A stretch of 64,000 nt of DNA from Adineta vaga (lineage: Eukaryota > Animalia > Rotifera), in assembly GCA_021613535.1 (NCBI GenBank), contig CP075495.1:2542001-2606000 (forward strand). Direction: 5' to 3'. Positions 1-15,136 of this stretch are shown here, piece after piece; positions within the stretch are counted from its first letter, which is position 1; every line of letters starts with the position of its first letter. The notes below the pieces were generated by a model. The model did not search any database, had not been told where the DNA came from, and worked only from the letters and a program-made list of their open reading frames with translations. Position numbers and translations under genes: made by a program.

Positions 1-541
1 TACACATACTCATATTATTAACGGCAACATACATCCATCTATTTCAAAAAAAAAACGATGCATCAACTTGAACGTTCAAAGTTTGATTACGTCTGTACTT
101 GGTCATGAAGTACATACATTTGATTTTTTCAATTTGAAGAGAAAAAGAACGTATATAACCTCTGCATAATAAGCGGATGGTAGAGAGAAGTATAATCATT
201 GAAAAAAAGTTATGTACAACACAAAGAAATGACGATGGTAGTGGCAGTATAGGAAGAGAGAACTATGTGAAGTAACGACAAACGAAAGCTCTCTCTCTCT
301 CCCCCTTTATATATATGTCGCTAAAGGTAGGAAACTGAACGAAGAAATAGAAGTTGTAACACATAAGAAAAAGGTCATGGTCTTCGGAAGAAAAAAAGTT
401 GTATTGAATCGAGCTGAAGAAGAAGAAGAAGAAGAAAGAACAGAACATAGTGTTCTCGACATATACAACGACAGTAAGAAAAAAAGGAGGTAGAAGAAGT
501 AGTAGTAGTAGAAAAAAAACCATTTAATATCTCTATTCAAT

Positions 542-1843
542 ATGATCTATAATGTTCAACTGATTTTTCTCTTACAAATCATAATCTGTTCGACATTTAG
601 TAAGTGTCACTTAACTTGTCATTATAGTATCATTTATCTGCTGTCATAAATAGTCATCAATGCTAGCCGTCATCGTCGTCAAATATCTGATGGTACGAAT
701 AGTATCGCAGGTGTACCACCGTTGTCGTCGCAAAATCTTCAAGGGTCTATACAATCAAATAACATTCCGTACAATCCATCGAATAATCCAAACATTGCCA
801 TCACCAATGAACAGATCAATCAAAAACAATTAAATTCGAATAATCAATTCATTCCTCCTCCCTCACAAACACAAATAGATCCAATTCGTGGTCGTGGATT
901 CTATAGTAGTTCAGCATTTCAACCACCACCATTTACAGGTGATAAACCATCAGGTTGGTTTGGTACGAGTCATAACAATTGGGTATCAAATCAAAATGGT
1001 GAATTAGATAAAAATAAATTAGCTGCAGAAAAACATGCAGCATCGAATAAGTAGATGAAATTTTATCATTGTCATAAATTTCTGCTTTGTTTCTCCTATT
1101 TGAAAAATAGAGTTCAAACGAATAATGTTCAAATGCGTCAAGATGGTGGACAATTTTTTCTTGCTAAAGTGGCGAAACAATATGCAAGTAAAGGTGTCAA
1201 AGCTTTTGATATGAGTCCACATGAAAGTAAGAATACGTCGTCATTTATCTATAATGAAATAAATTCTTTCATAGATCTTCAAGGACGTGGTTCTGTTTGT
1301 ATTAATCATGATAATTTTGATGGATATGTATTTGGTCGATTTCCATGTCCGTTACCAGCAAGTACAGGCATGAATCAACTTGATCAATTTTGTTGTGGAT
1401 TAGCTAATTATCAATATTGTTGTAATGCTCAGTTCGTATTCATTAAGAAAAGTCTTTCGAAATTATAATATATTTGATTTTTAAGAGAATTTAGTCAAAG
1501 TCAACGTGGTGTATATAATGATAATCGATATATGAATGATCAACGTTTTCCACGACGATCAACGTATTCTACATCAACGAAACGTATACTTACTATTATA
1601 ATACCTATTGTTAGTTTCATTGTTCTCACTGGAATTATTAGTCTCATTGTATTATATTATAAAAAATTTCGAAAAGAACAAAATCGAACGAGAAAACCAT
1701 CTGGAGCTATTCGATTAGAAGATAATTATTCAAGTAAAACATTTCCTATTAAATCAAATTATAGAATCAATTAATATTTTACTTTTAGTTGTTCCACAAG
1801 ATCCACCAGTTGATAAACTGGGCTATGCTTCGGATGAACAATG
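542..1843 (+). CDS. Shisa-like single-pass membrane protein (6 exons)
   Basis: Hand-spliced exons about 542-599, 654-1050, 1111-1226, 1275-1430, 1486-1733, 1789-1843. Signal peptide MIYNVQLIFLLQIIICSTF, RHRR site, Cys domain CINH..FPCP..FCCG..YQYCC, TM ILTIIIPIVSFIVLTGIISLIVLYY followed by KKFRK. Confidence 0.7.
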
Positions 1844-2072
1844 AGAAATCACTCAATTGCGAAGTATACTTTGCGTCTCTTCGATCTATAATGTACATTC
1901 TTTTTTGAGTTTTTTCGTTAGCTAGTCTTTATACATTCACTATTCTTGAACAGTGTTTCGTTTCTTCTTCATAACCTATATATATATATATTTCTATTTC
2001 TTTGATACTATGAATCTCCTCTAATCATCATAATAATAAAAACATCTTATTGAGTAGATTAAAAGTGTATTT

Positions 2073-3916
2073 CTATGATTTGTTCATTCGTTGTTTTAAT
2101 GCTTGATAATGTAAACGACGATCTTTTTCGGCTTTAGCAAAGATTGCGCGATTTTCTTGTGCTCGACGTGTTAAATAAGGTAGAAGACGATCAATTGGTC
2201 CATATGGAGTTAATTTATAAGCATCATAACCAGCAGCAGCTAAAACAAGTCATTTTATAACAGAGAAACTTGAATTAGTCGCAAGATTCTATTTACCTAA
2301 TGGAAATGTGAGATAGTCACACATACCAAATAGAGTAGCAAATGCGACAAGACCATCATCACGTTTCACGTTCATTTCATTCATTCTGAAATATTCAAAA
2401 ACACGATATTATTTGTAACTTATTCGATACAAATGAAACCCTACGTTTTCAGAGCAAATTCAACTGTGTTTTCATTATGACTGGCAACAAAGACATGAAA
2501 TTGTTTGGGATTGATTTTAGCATTTTCGAGAATATCACAAAATGCTCGATGATAACATTCTGTTGTTGTGGGAAAATTTGGATGGATCGGGTCATCTGTA
2601 CTCAATTCTATTGCTCGTTTTCGTTCCTAAAAGTCAAGATAAAGTTTCTTTTCTATTTATATTGTATATTAAAAGATAGGAAAAAGGTTAGATTAGATTC
2701 AATAAAAAATACATACTTGATCCATATAAGCACCACGTACAAGTTTAAATCCAATACCAAATCCATTCTCTTTTGCTTGCAATAAATCCTTTCGAATTAA
2801 ATCGAGTGTTATCTAAAAATCACGAAAACAATTTTCTCTTTAACGAAAAATCTTTAAAATAATTTCTTTACTTTTCGATAACATTGATACGTATTATAAA
2901 CGATCAGTTGATCACGATTATAAGATTCTTGTAATTCAAGTACTAGTTTATGAATAGCTGTTTGAAAATAAGATTGTTCTGCATCAATAAAAATTCTTCC
3001 TCGATGTTTTTTCACTTCCTACACAGTTTTTTGTTTTTTTTTGTAAAAAAACATCAATTCGATTATAGAACGACATACTTGCACAATACGATCGATTCGT
3101 TGTAGAAGATGTTCAATTTCGATCAATTCATTTTTGTTTATCTACAACGAACAGAATATTGTGAATAGCAAAAAGAAATAAAATCTCTCATACCAATGTC
3201 GTATTCGATGCTTGTTTGAATAAAGAATCTTTATTAGAAGATTGTTGTTCGACAACTTGATTTAACTTTTGAAGAGTATCTGGTGAAACAAAAGCAGTTA
3301 TTTTAATCGCTGTAACTGCTGATGGACCCGATAATTCTGAAGCTGATTGAACATTCTTCAAAGATTTGACCATATTTTCATTATAGATTTCTTCATTTGA
3401 TTGAATCATTGTTTGCCTAAAGTACGAAAATACTGAAAACTTCATTTCATTTAATTATTAAACAACTTACGGATGAGCACTTGCTACATCAGTTTCCATA
3501 GAATAATCAAGAATTAATTTCACACCATGTTTACGTAATCGTTCAACAATCGGTTCTAATTCTGTTTTATCCGTTCCAGCAACAAAATGTCCATAGAGAG
3601 TTGAACGCATAATCGATTCAAATAGTGATCGACCAAGAATACGACGTGATACATCAATGAACTAAATTAAACTTTCAAGTCAATCAATATTTTCTATGTA
3701 AAAATTTACTTGAGAAAGATAATTAACAAGCGATGTATACGAACATAATTTAAAGACGAACCAACCACGAAATAATTCATATTTCGATTTATAACCATAC
3801 GCGGCTGACATCGAATCAAATCGAATATTTCCATCGATTTTCGAAGTATTGATGACAGACGAACGTATATTTTGAATTCTATACAATTTACCATGTCTAA
3901 TCAGTTTCGATAACAT
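2073..3916 (-). CDS. PRODH: Proline dehydrogenase family, copy A (multi-exon)
   Basis: Spliced motifs TLYGHFVAG, LILDYSME, AIKITA, IFIDAEQSYFQ, YNTYQCY, KLVRGAYMDQER, ASHNE, YKLTPYGP, PYLTRRAQEN. N-terminus resembles a mitochondrial targeting peptide. Confidence 0.9.
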
Positions 3917-4147
3917 GTCTGAATACTTCACTCATCAAATACGATTTTGTTCTTCACAATAAAACGGAAGAAAAACGAAACCTTTTGATTTTATCATTGA
4001 TCTTTGTTATGCAAGACCCTCATCATAGGTACAAAGAATTACGATGTATATTTTTTTTTCAAAATAGATAAAGGAAAGTATATGAAATATATACATATAT
4101 ACAATCTATTCAGATAGATTCTGTGTGGAAAAAAAGGGACAAATGAG

Positions 4148-5955
4148 TTAATTAACTGATTTAACCAATCGATCTTTTAATGCTTTGAGATGAAAACGTC
4201 GATCTTTATCAGCTTTTTGAAAGATTGCACGATTTTCATGAGCACGTCGAAATAAATATGGTTGAAGAGCTTCAATGGGTCCATAAGGTAAATATTTATA
4301 TGTTTTATAACCGGAATTTGCCAAAGCAAATGCCACATAATCACTCATACCATAGAGTGATGCAAATGAGACAATTGATGAACCACGACGAATATCGTAA
4401 TCTTTCATTCTAAATAAATCATTAGGATAAATCAGCACAAAGAAAAAGAACTCTTTCTTTAAAAATACTTTTGAATTGCATATCGAACTGTATCTTCATT
4501 ATGTGAAGCAATCATAACTCTCACTTGATTTGGTGATCGTTTAACTGTACTTTTCATCACTTCATCAAAACATGCATGATACATTTGTGTTGTTACTTCA
4601 AAATCATCATTTATTGGATCTTCATAATCATGTTCTCGAGCTAAACGTCGTTCCTGTTCCATATATGCACCACGAACAAGTTTAGCTGCAAAGATATAAT
4701 TATATTTTTCTGCAAGAACAAGATCCTGTTTTAAACAATCCAATGTTTCCTAGAAAATAAATTCATTTGAAATGAAAGAAATTCTATTGGATGATCAAAA
4801 TTTACTTTTAAATAACATTGATAAGTTCCATAAATAAAAGGAACATTGTATTTATTATAATATCGTTGTAATTCATTTGCTAAATAATTGATTGCCGTTT
4901 GAAAATATGTTTGTTCAGCATCGATCATAATTGAAATTTTATATTGAACACATGCCTAAAATGAAGAATTCTATAAAAACTAGTTTTATTTTCTTTCTTT
5001 CTGATACTTGAGCTATTTTATTTAATCGTATAAGAAGTTGATAGATTTCTTTGAGTTCATCTGATGTAAAGACAATATTTGATGAGAGTTCTTTCTGAAA
5101 AAAACAAACAAAAGACAATTGATCGGATTCATGCGAACTATTGATTAAGAAATGACTTGATGTTTTGTCAGAGATTGTTGAAAATAAGTAATTGCTCTTT
5201 CATTTGGTTCTTCTTCATTGAGTAGTTCAAATAATGCTGGTAATATCATCTGATTTTTTATTGATTTTAATACTGTATTGAATTTTTTAAGAACACTTGG
5301 TCGAATTAAAGCAGTAACTTTGATAGCGATTAAATTATCGATTCCACAAATATCATGTGAAGTTTTAATGCATTCAATGAATTTCATCATATTTTCATCA
5401 TGCATACGATCGAGTTGATTTGATCTATATATTTCAAATTTTACTTGAGGTTTTCAAACGAAAAAATCTTACGAATCTGTATCATCACTTTCTACACTGT
5501 AATCTAAGATTGGTTGGACATGATATTTTTGTAAACGATGAATAATTGGAATGATCTCTTCCGGAGATTCGCCACCGACGAAATGACCGAATGCAGTATA
5601 TTTCAATATCTTTTGAAAGATCTTCTCACCTAATAGTCGATGACCCCAATCAGCAATCTATAGAATTCGAAATTTTCGATTCATTTTTGTTATTCATTCG
5701 ATGTTCGTTTACTTTATTTTGATTATTAACAAGGAAATTGATTGAGAATAATCGATAGACAAAATAACCACGAAGAAGTTCCAGATTACGTCGATAACGA
5801 TAACCAATTTGATATTGATTGAATGTCGTATCAAGTAGAGGATATTCTCGACGAATATCTTGTTTCTTCGTTTCATTTAATATCGGAACAGAAGAAGTAG
5901 TAGAGGCATAATGACCCGACTTTGGAAAGAGTTTTACTTTTTGACATAAACACAT
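4148..5955 (-). CDS. PRODH: Proline dehydrogenase family, copy B (multi-exon)
   Basis: FGHFVGGES, ILDYSVE, AIKVTAL, MIDAEQTYFQ, YGTYQCYLK, KLVRGAYMEQER, ASHNEDT, YKYLPYGP, PYLFRRAHEN. Start codon uncertain. Confidence 0.9.
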
Positions 5956-7011
5956 CGTCGACTTTGTCGAACAGAAATGTTTTATCTTGATAATTAAATT
6001 AAGTTTTTTATTTTGAAAAAAGCTAAATCTATTCTCTTACCGTCAACATCTGCGATTGTATTCTACTTGTTTTTCAAAAGTAGACGTAAGAAGAAATTAT
6101 TCGAAATGTTTAATGACGCGATAGAAGTAGTATACTCATTCGCTCTTCGCGAGACTTTTTTTTCCCGTCGAGCGTGGGCCGTGAATGGAAAGAACAAGAA
6201 AAATCAGTTATTCCGTCTTTGGTAAAAATATGTTTTGCTCGCATGACACCATAACAAGACAGAACGAGAGAGAAAAAAAACACACGCGGAAATTATTAGA
6301 TCAGAATTGACTTCAAAACACATTCTTGTTTTCTCTGGTAAATAATATAGAAATGAAGCGATACAAAACAATCAGTTGAGCGAAGGAAAAGCTTTGGTTC
6401 TGCACTTGTTTTTGATTGTAACAATAGAAACAGAGTAACATCAATTGATTTAGTTTTGACATGAATGAATGTATTATAAAAGAAAATCATATTTCTCATG
6501 TCTATAAACTAGAATTCTGATTACAAAGTACAGTCTTCTTATCAATAGAGAAAACCTATTTTTGGTGATGATATTTATAGCATCTCGAGCAAATTAATCT
6601 ACTCTATAATTTTGTCATTGTCGGAAATCCCATGGAGAAAGAAAAATTCACTTTGACAATTGCTAGAAGTGGAATGTAGACATACACACACACGCACACC
6701 CCCTTCATCCCCACCCCTACAGAAAAAAATTGTCAGTGGATACGAAATGTTTCGAATATAAACTAAATTTTTTTACGGATAAAACTCGGCGCAAAAAGAA
6801 TTTCTTTGTAATAAACATACTTTGATTATATCGTACAGAAATAGTTGAAGATGGCGCGTATTTGTTGTATCAATTGCCATTCTCTATTGTATTAACTATA
6901 GTAAACATTATATACAAATCAAATACATATATATATATATATATATCAATTAATATGATTTCTATTTCAACTAGAAACATTCAATTCTGATCGAAATAAA
7001 TAGTAATAAAC

Positions 7012-8879
7012 ATGTCCAATCGAGCTTTTTGTGATTCGAACAAATTCTTACAAAATTATCGATCGAAAAATCCTATGGATAATCCAAATCGTTGTAAATT
7101 ACCCGCAATTAATAATGGAATAGCAACAATGTCACCCATTTGTAAACCACCCATAATCAATCCATCTGTACTCCAAGTTAATTGTGAACCATCTGGAACA
7201 GCAGTCTACAATGCTCGAACATCCTCGTACATTAATTCTAAACTAAATTGTCCATCACGTGATGTTTCTCCAACAAATTCAAGAATGTGTAATGATACGC
7301 AACAAGTATCAATGAATAAAGATTGGTCATCAAAACAATACAATAGTATCGGTAAGATGAGTACCATCAATCCTGATATAAAAAATAATTTATCAATGAA
7401 TCAAAATTTGAATTGTTCTCCGCGACAAAAAACGGTTGTTCGTGATCGACATTTAGCAAATGAAATTCTTCAAAAAGCAGGTATTTCATCAACTTTAACT
7501 CCCAATGATTGTCTCGAAGTGATTACGGATACACCGGTAACTATGAATGATCCTGTCAATTGCGATCCTAATCCATTATGTATGAAAAAATCAGCTGATT
7601 GTCAAGTAAAATTTATTCGTTATCTTTTTTCTAACATTCTTATTTTGTCTTTTTGAGGAATGTTATGAACAATCCATTATTGTTCGACATTTACAACCGT
7701 AATGAGTTCTCCTATGATGTTTTTCATTGAAATGATTTCTTTCCATTACATAGACCACGACCACCTGTACCAGCACCAATCATTATTCGGTTTGATTTAT
7801 ATAAGTTTTTCTTTTTGCAAAACTACTCATATAATTTGACTTTCTTTTCAGTGAACGTTGCGCTCCTCAACCACCACCGCAACCACCGATTGTCATTCGA
7901 CAAATTCCACCTCGACCGTGTACACCACCAGTATTAATCATTCGTGAATGTCCGCCACCAATGCCTGATATACAAGAGCCCACTATTATTGAACGAGAAG
8001 TTCCACCACCACCTCCACCTCCTCGTCAGGTTATTGTCGAACGATTGCCAACACCACCACCTAAACCGCGTCGAATTATCTTTGAAAAATGGCTTCCTTA
8101 TGAAGAACCTGTCGATCGACCATGCATTGTAGAAAAAGCTGTAACTAATGAAATGCCTCCACCAAAAAATGTAATCATTCAATATGAAGCACTTGAACCA
8201 AAAATTCAACCACAATGCATCAATGAAGGTATATCATATGTTGATCCAAAACAATTTGTTAATGAACAACCGAATGGAAATGCTGAAGTTTGTTATGTTG
8301 ATCAATTGAATAATTTAGTCAGTATTAAATCTTCTTCTTCTTTTTTTTAAATCAATTATTATGAATATATTATTTTAGCCTGATCATATCAAATGTCAAC
8401 TAAGTTCACAAACACTTGCTGCTATTGGTATTAAAAATGATAATAAAATAAATACAAAGGAAAATTCATTCGTTGCTCGTACGAATCCTACTCCTTATTA
8501 CCAACAAAATAGTCAGCGTCCATGTCATTCAATATCTTCTATGCTACCTAGACAATCGATGATGGTAAATAATTGTCAATCAACAAAACCATCATATTTC
8601 CATGCATGTAATCCAAATATATATCGTGAACAACAAGCAAACAATCGTGCTCTCTCAACATCAGCTACTGGTCTATCTCAATGTTTTAATAAATATAATA
8701 CAAATATATTAGCTCGACAAAATAATCAAGGTATAACTAATTGCAATCGAGCACAATATAATCCGGTATGATAATATAATTTTCATTCTCAACTCAATCG
8801 AATTTTTCTATTATAGTGGGCAACAACGTATCAAGTTTCATATACAAATAAGGCACGAGGATTGTGTCGTGCACGTTAA
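7012..8879 (+). CDS. Pro-rich repeat protein (PPP..IIIRE/IVERLP/IIFEKWLPY type), uncharacterised
   Basis: Exons about 7012-7605, 7658-7698, 7754-7789, 7852-8317, 8379-8766, 8817-8879 join in frame. Repeats of hydrophobic-I-R-E/Q followed by poly-Pro. Confidence 0.7.
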
Positions 8880-11224
8880 CTGATCTATTCTTATATTCGG
8901 TATAGAATTGAATGTTCTTGATGAGATTTAGATTTTTTTGTTTGATATGATCTCATATTCAAGCGTTAGTTATGAGGACATTAAATGATATGATACTCTT
9001 CGATCACTACTATAAACAGAATATGTCTTGTAATAAAAAGATCTCTCCTTATTGATAATAATGAACGGCAATATCTCTGAAAAGAACAATCAGAAGATTG
9101 TGAAAACATCGATATCGTTAAAAATCTGAATCATTGACAATTTTGTTGATATTTCGTCAGCGTTGATGAATTCTCTCTTTCAGTAATGATACATTACTCT
9201 ATAAAATAGGAAAATAAAGTACAAATCACATGTATTCTCTTTGAAAATGATAAGTTGAATTGAGTGTTCGATTTATAAATGACACAGGTAGAATCAACTA
9301 GATGATTCTGCATTCTACTTATCAATAGATAGTAATAAAGAATGATCATACTGAATGTCGTTTTCAAATTTTTATCAATGGTATAGATCCTTCTTGTTAA
9401 ACGATCTTTTAATTCAAGTAATATAACATTTATAAATTTGCAACACATATCTTCTATAGAATCTAAACAGATTCAATATATATCATTGACTGGCGACATC
9501 TGAACGTACACTTATGCATTTTAAAATGATAATTACATGATAAAGACACGAATATTTTGTCTTAATATGGATATTTCTTATAGATATTTTTCACAATTGA
9601 AGTTTGACTAAAAAGAACTCATTTTTTAATAGTATTTAAGCACCAAATTAGAGTCTATCTATTGTCTAATAGACATTGATAATGGTAGCATTTATTATGT
9701 TATTGATGTTTCTTTCAGACACATTATTACTCTTTTGATTATTCTATTTTTTTTTGACAATATATTATTATTAAAAAAACAAATTTTACAATTAATTTTC
9801 AACTTTTTTTATCGATCAGTTATTGGCAATCATATTCGAGTATTCATTGTTAAAATAAACTTCTCAAACTTCAAGACGAGCTTCACAATACAACGAAGCT
9901 CAAATCGATACAAATTAGGTATGTGTTATTTCTATATTATTGATTGAATACAGAAATATTGTATCAGTTAGATGTAACGATTGATTTTAGAAATGTATTA
10001 GTTCGATTATTTTCCAGAAGAAAAAAAAAGTATATCTCGTTTTGATAAGATAAAATATATCAAATTCTAATCTGTCATTTCTTTTCCTTTTGGAATATCT
10101 AACAGGTGTAGAAACGAAAATTAGATAATCTTAGCAATATGAGAAAGAATAATCTTATTTGAACAATGTTGATCTTGTCAAAACAGAATCTATTGATATC
10201 AATGATCAAATTAGTAATGTATATATATATATGCATAACTCATTAGATTGAGCAATTTTCTTTTCTCTGATCTTGATGATTTTATTAGATTTCATCTTTT
10301 TTTTTCTCTTTGTTGACATTGTCTTTAGAAAAATGAGGATAATTTTTATTACAAATATTGTTGAATATAATGAATTGATTCTGTTTGTTTGATATATATG
10401 TATACACATTTATCTATCGTTGATATGAAAATAATTTGTAAAAATGATGTTTGAACGACATCACATCTGTCATTATCCCACACAAATCTCTGCTTGCTTG
10501 CTTGTTTCTCTTATCAACAAGCGACATATATATTCTTAACTTTCTTATTCTTGTTCTTCTTCGTTTTTCTTCTTCTTCTTCTTTCTTGTTCACTCGTTAA
10601 TTCATCTTCGAAATGAGGAGGGAACTGTGTGTCAAACTCGTCACTCGCGGCATCATCGTTGTCGGGTATATGCCTCTCTTCGATAAAAAAAAAGAATAAA
10701 ACCGACTAAGTAACAAGAGAAAAGATGACTGAGAGTGAAGAGCAGTAGAGTGCTAGATAGAGATACCAGAAGATTATTTTGTTCACCTTCAGTTCTAGTG
10801 AAAAGATTTTTGTTGTCTTTCTCTTATCATTTGGGTTCAACCGAAATATTGAAAAGAAATTGCGATAACTATATCTTTGATCTTTTTTTTCTTCCATTAG
10901 AATGATGATAGATATTGCATTTGAATTTTGTCTGCTTTATATCAACAATCATATATTTCGATCTTTCATTAGACAATGATATTTCCTACTGATATGAGAA
11001 ACAATAACGATGATGGACGTTGGTCCTTTTTGTCTATTCACATCATTTATTAGTGATGCCTGTTATCAAGTGGAATCCTTCTTCTTTCCCTGATGGTTGT
11101 TTCTTTTTTTTTCACTAGTAGTAGCGTTAGCTGTGGCAGAGAACAGACGCGACTGCAAAAGAAGAAGAAAAAAAGATAAGAACGACGCCATACTGATGTA
11201 TGTCTGTATGTGTATGTGTGTTAA

Positions 11225-11270
11225 AACACACACACACACACACATACATACACAGGCGGCTTCTTTCCCC

Positions 11271-11306
<36 letters not shown>
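11225..11306. repeat. (AC)n and (CT)n microsatellites
   Basis: Directly visible dinucleotide runs in the long non-coding region upstream of GNB. Confidence 0.9.
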
Positions 11307-12645
11307 GTTTCTCTATGGCGTTCGTTACTCGTCGTTGTCGTCGCGTCAAGTAATCATTACTTCCCGTTCTTTCGACTGACGTCGGGTTGAGCTCTCAGTG
11401 GTATCCAACGGTAGTTCCCACCATTGGTCTTGTTCTTTCCTCCTCATTGTGCTCTTCTTTTCCTTCTTTTTCTTCTCTTTCCTTTTTTTTTTCAAAAAAA
11501 ACGACTAGTTCGCATTACTAGAATTATGATTATAGAAAGACGAATAGCGGTAGTAGCGACGACGAAGCCGACCGTTGTCGATAGTCTAGTAGCGAGAGAG
11601 GAACGCAAAGAAAATTATCATCAACAATAGAGCTGTTCATCAGCATCGCATCATCATCAATGCAAGCGAACTGTTTCAGACTGGGCTTCGACGTGCATTC
11701 GCGTTCTTCTTTTTTTTCCTTTCCTCCTGTTTCTTGTCGCTTAGAAAAGGAAGAAGATCTTTCATCTATATACAATATGTACTGGCATCGCTCTTTTTCT
11801 TCGTTTTTTTCCTCACCCTATTGCTGCCACATATATGCAGACTTTTTCCTCTCGGTTGCCATTGCTAGTCGGCCAAGTTTTTCTCTTCGTTGTTTCACCC
11901 GCCCCGTCCGCTCGTTCGCTCGCCCGAGCAGCAACAGCAAGCACTAACGTCGCCGATACATCGTCGTTTTTCTTTTTTTTTTGCTTCTCCGTTTTTTTTT
12001 GTTGAAAAAACTGAAACAAACCAGTAGTCGAGCGTGTATGTGTATTTATTATTTGCCACATCTTCAAAGTGTATGCATAAATGATAGAATTTCAGACAAA
12101 ATCATCTTTTTTCTACAATGAACACACGTAATAAACGGAAAATAAACGATCAAAAACAATTCGACTATCAACATTATCTTCATTATTATCATCGTTTTAA
12201 TTACTGCACCAATGATCACGTCTGTTGTTCATTATTATCATCTTCTTGATGGTCATTCATCATTCTTCTAGTTTCTATCATACAATAAAACAGATCAAGT
12301 AAGATAAATATAGAAATGAAAACAAACATTAGACAATAGAGCGAAAGACTTGATAGAAATGTATTTTCTCGTGTTTTTTTTTCCTTTTAATTTTTAAAAT
12401 TTTTGATGTACGTTAATGCGCGCATGTGCGTGCATGTGTATATAAGATGTTATTGCATATGCAACAGAGATTGGCAAGTCTTCTTCGTGATGTATATATA
12501 TATGTATATGCGTGCCGTCATTGTCGTGTAAGAATAACATGTTGCGGAAGAAAAGAAATCGCGCGAGTGCGTCACCCGTTTCAAGTAGAGAATAACACGC
12601 AGGCACGTACGCTACCATCTAACACTCTTGTGTCGCCATCAATGT

Positions 12646-12693
12646 TGATGATGATGATGGTAGTAGTGGTGGTGGTGGTGGTGGTGGTAGTGG
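12646..12693. repeat. Compound (GAT)n(GTA/GTG)n trinucleotide microsatellite
   Basis: Directly visible; produces spurious poly-M/poly-V ORFs. Confidence 0.85.
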
Positions 12694-13608
12694 CAGCAAA
12701 AAGCAATAGTAGATAGTACACACACACATTGACTGTCACACAGTCAGCAGCACCATTGTCGTCGCGGAAGACGAGACATGAGATAAATAGATAGATAGAT
12801 AGATATATTTAGAGAGAAGAGAACGAACAAGGACTGTCGTGACGCATGCACAACTAATATTATCACTAGTGAGGAAATAACACGAGATTTTCTTTATCTG
12901 TTGTATTTTCAAGTCATTTCTGTCGAGAGAAGATATTTTGTATGATTTCATAAACTACTGTCGAAACGTGTTTTTTTTTCCTTCCCTTTCAAAGTAATAT
13001 TGGTTTCTCACGCACATCAGACGATTAGATTATTGAAGGAAAATATTTTTTTCTCCTTGATTACATTACATTTTGAAAAGAAGAAGTTTTCCTGATGAAA
13101 TCAGAGTAGAAACACATATTTCAAATATCAACATTGAAATTTGAGATTGTCGATGAACGCAAGAGAAATCGATCTTTATAAACGGATTTTTTTTAAAATC
13201 TTATCCAAAACACCTTTCTTCTAGAAAACATCATTATTATTATTATCATCATCATTATTATTCTTGATGAACTATTTTTCTTGTCGACTACAGAGCAGCA
13301 ACATCTAGAAATAATAAAAGACGATCATTAAAAATTGGAATTTTTATCTGTCCAATAGGAAATATTTCGATAGAAGAATTAATTAAAACTTAAATTTATC
13401 TATAAAACGAATGCAAGTATTTAACGACGGTTTAGATTGAATAGATTAATAAGAAATCATAGATTTTAATTAAGAATATAAATCTAAACATATTTGTTTC
13501 ATTATAGGTTTGTTCAACAGTCACAATTTGCAATTAAATCAATTTTTCTCCTTACTTTCCCATTATCTTATCCCTTAACGTTTTATTCATAACAAATCTT
13601 AGTTCACA

Positions 13609-15136
<1,528 letters not shown>

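Noticed and set aside
263-540. Hydrophobic Phe/Leu-rich ORFs on the minus strand
   Set aside because: Translation of GAA/GTA microsatellites and A-runs upstream of the Shisa-like gene.
11066-12951. Cluster of 60-97 aa ORFs on both strands
   Set aside because: Derived from (AC)n, (CT)n and (GTG)n repeats; no domain signal and no consistent splice structure.
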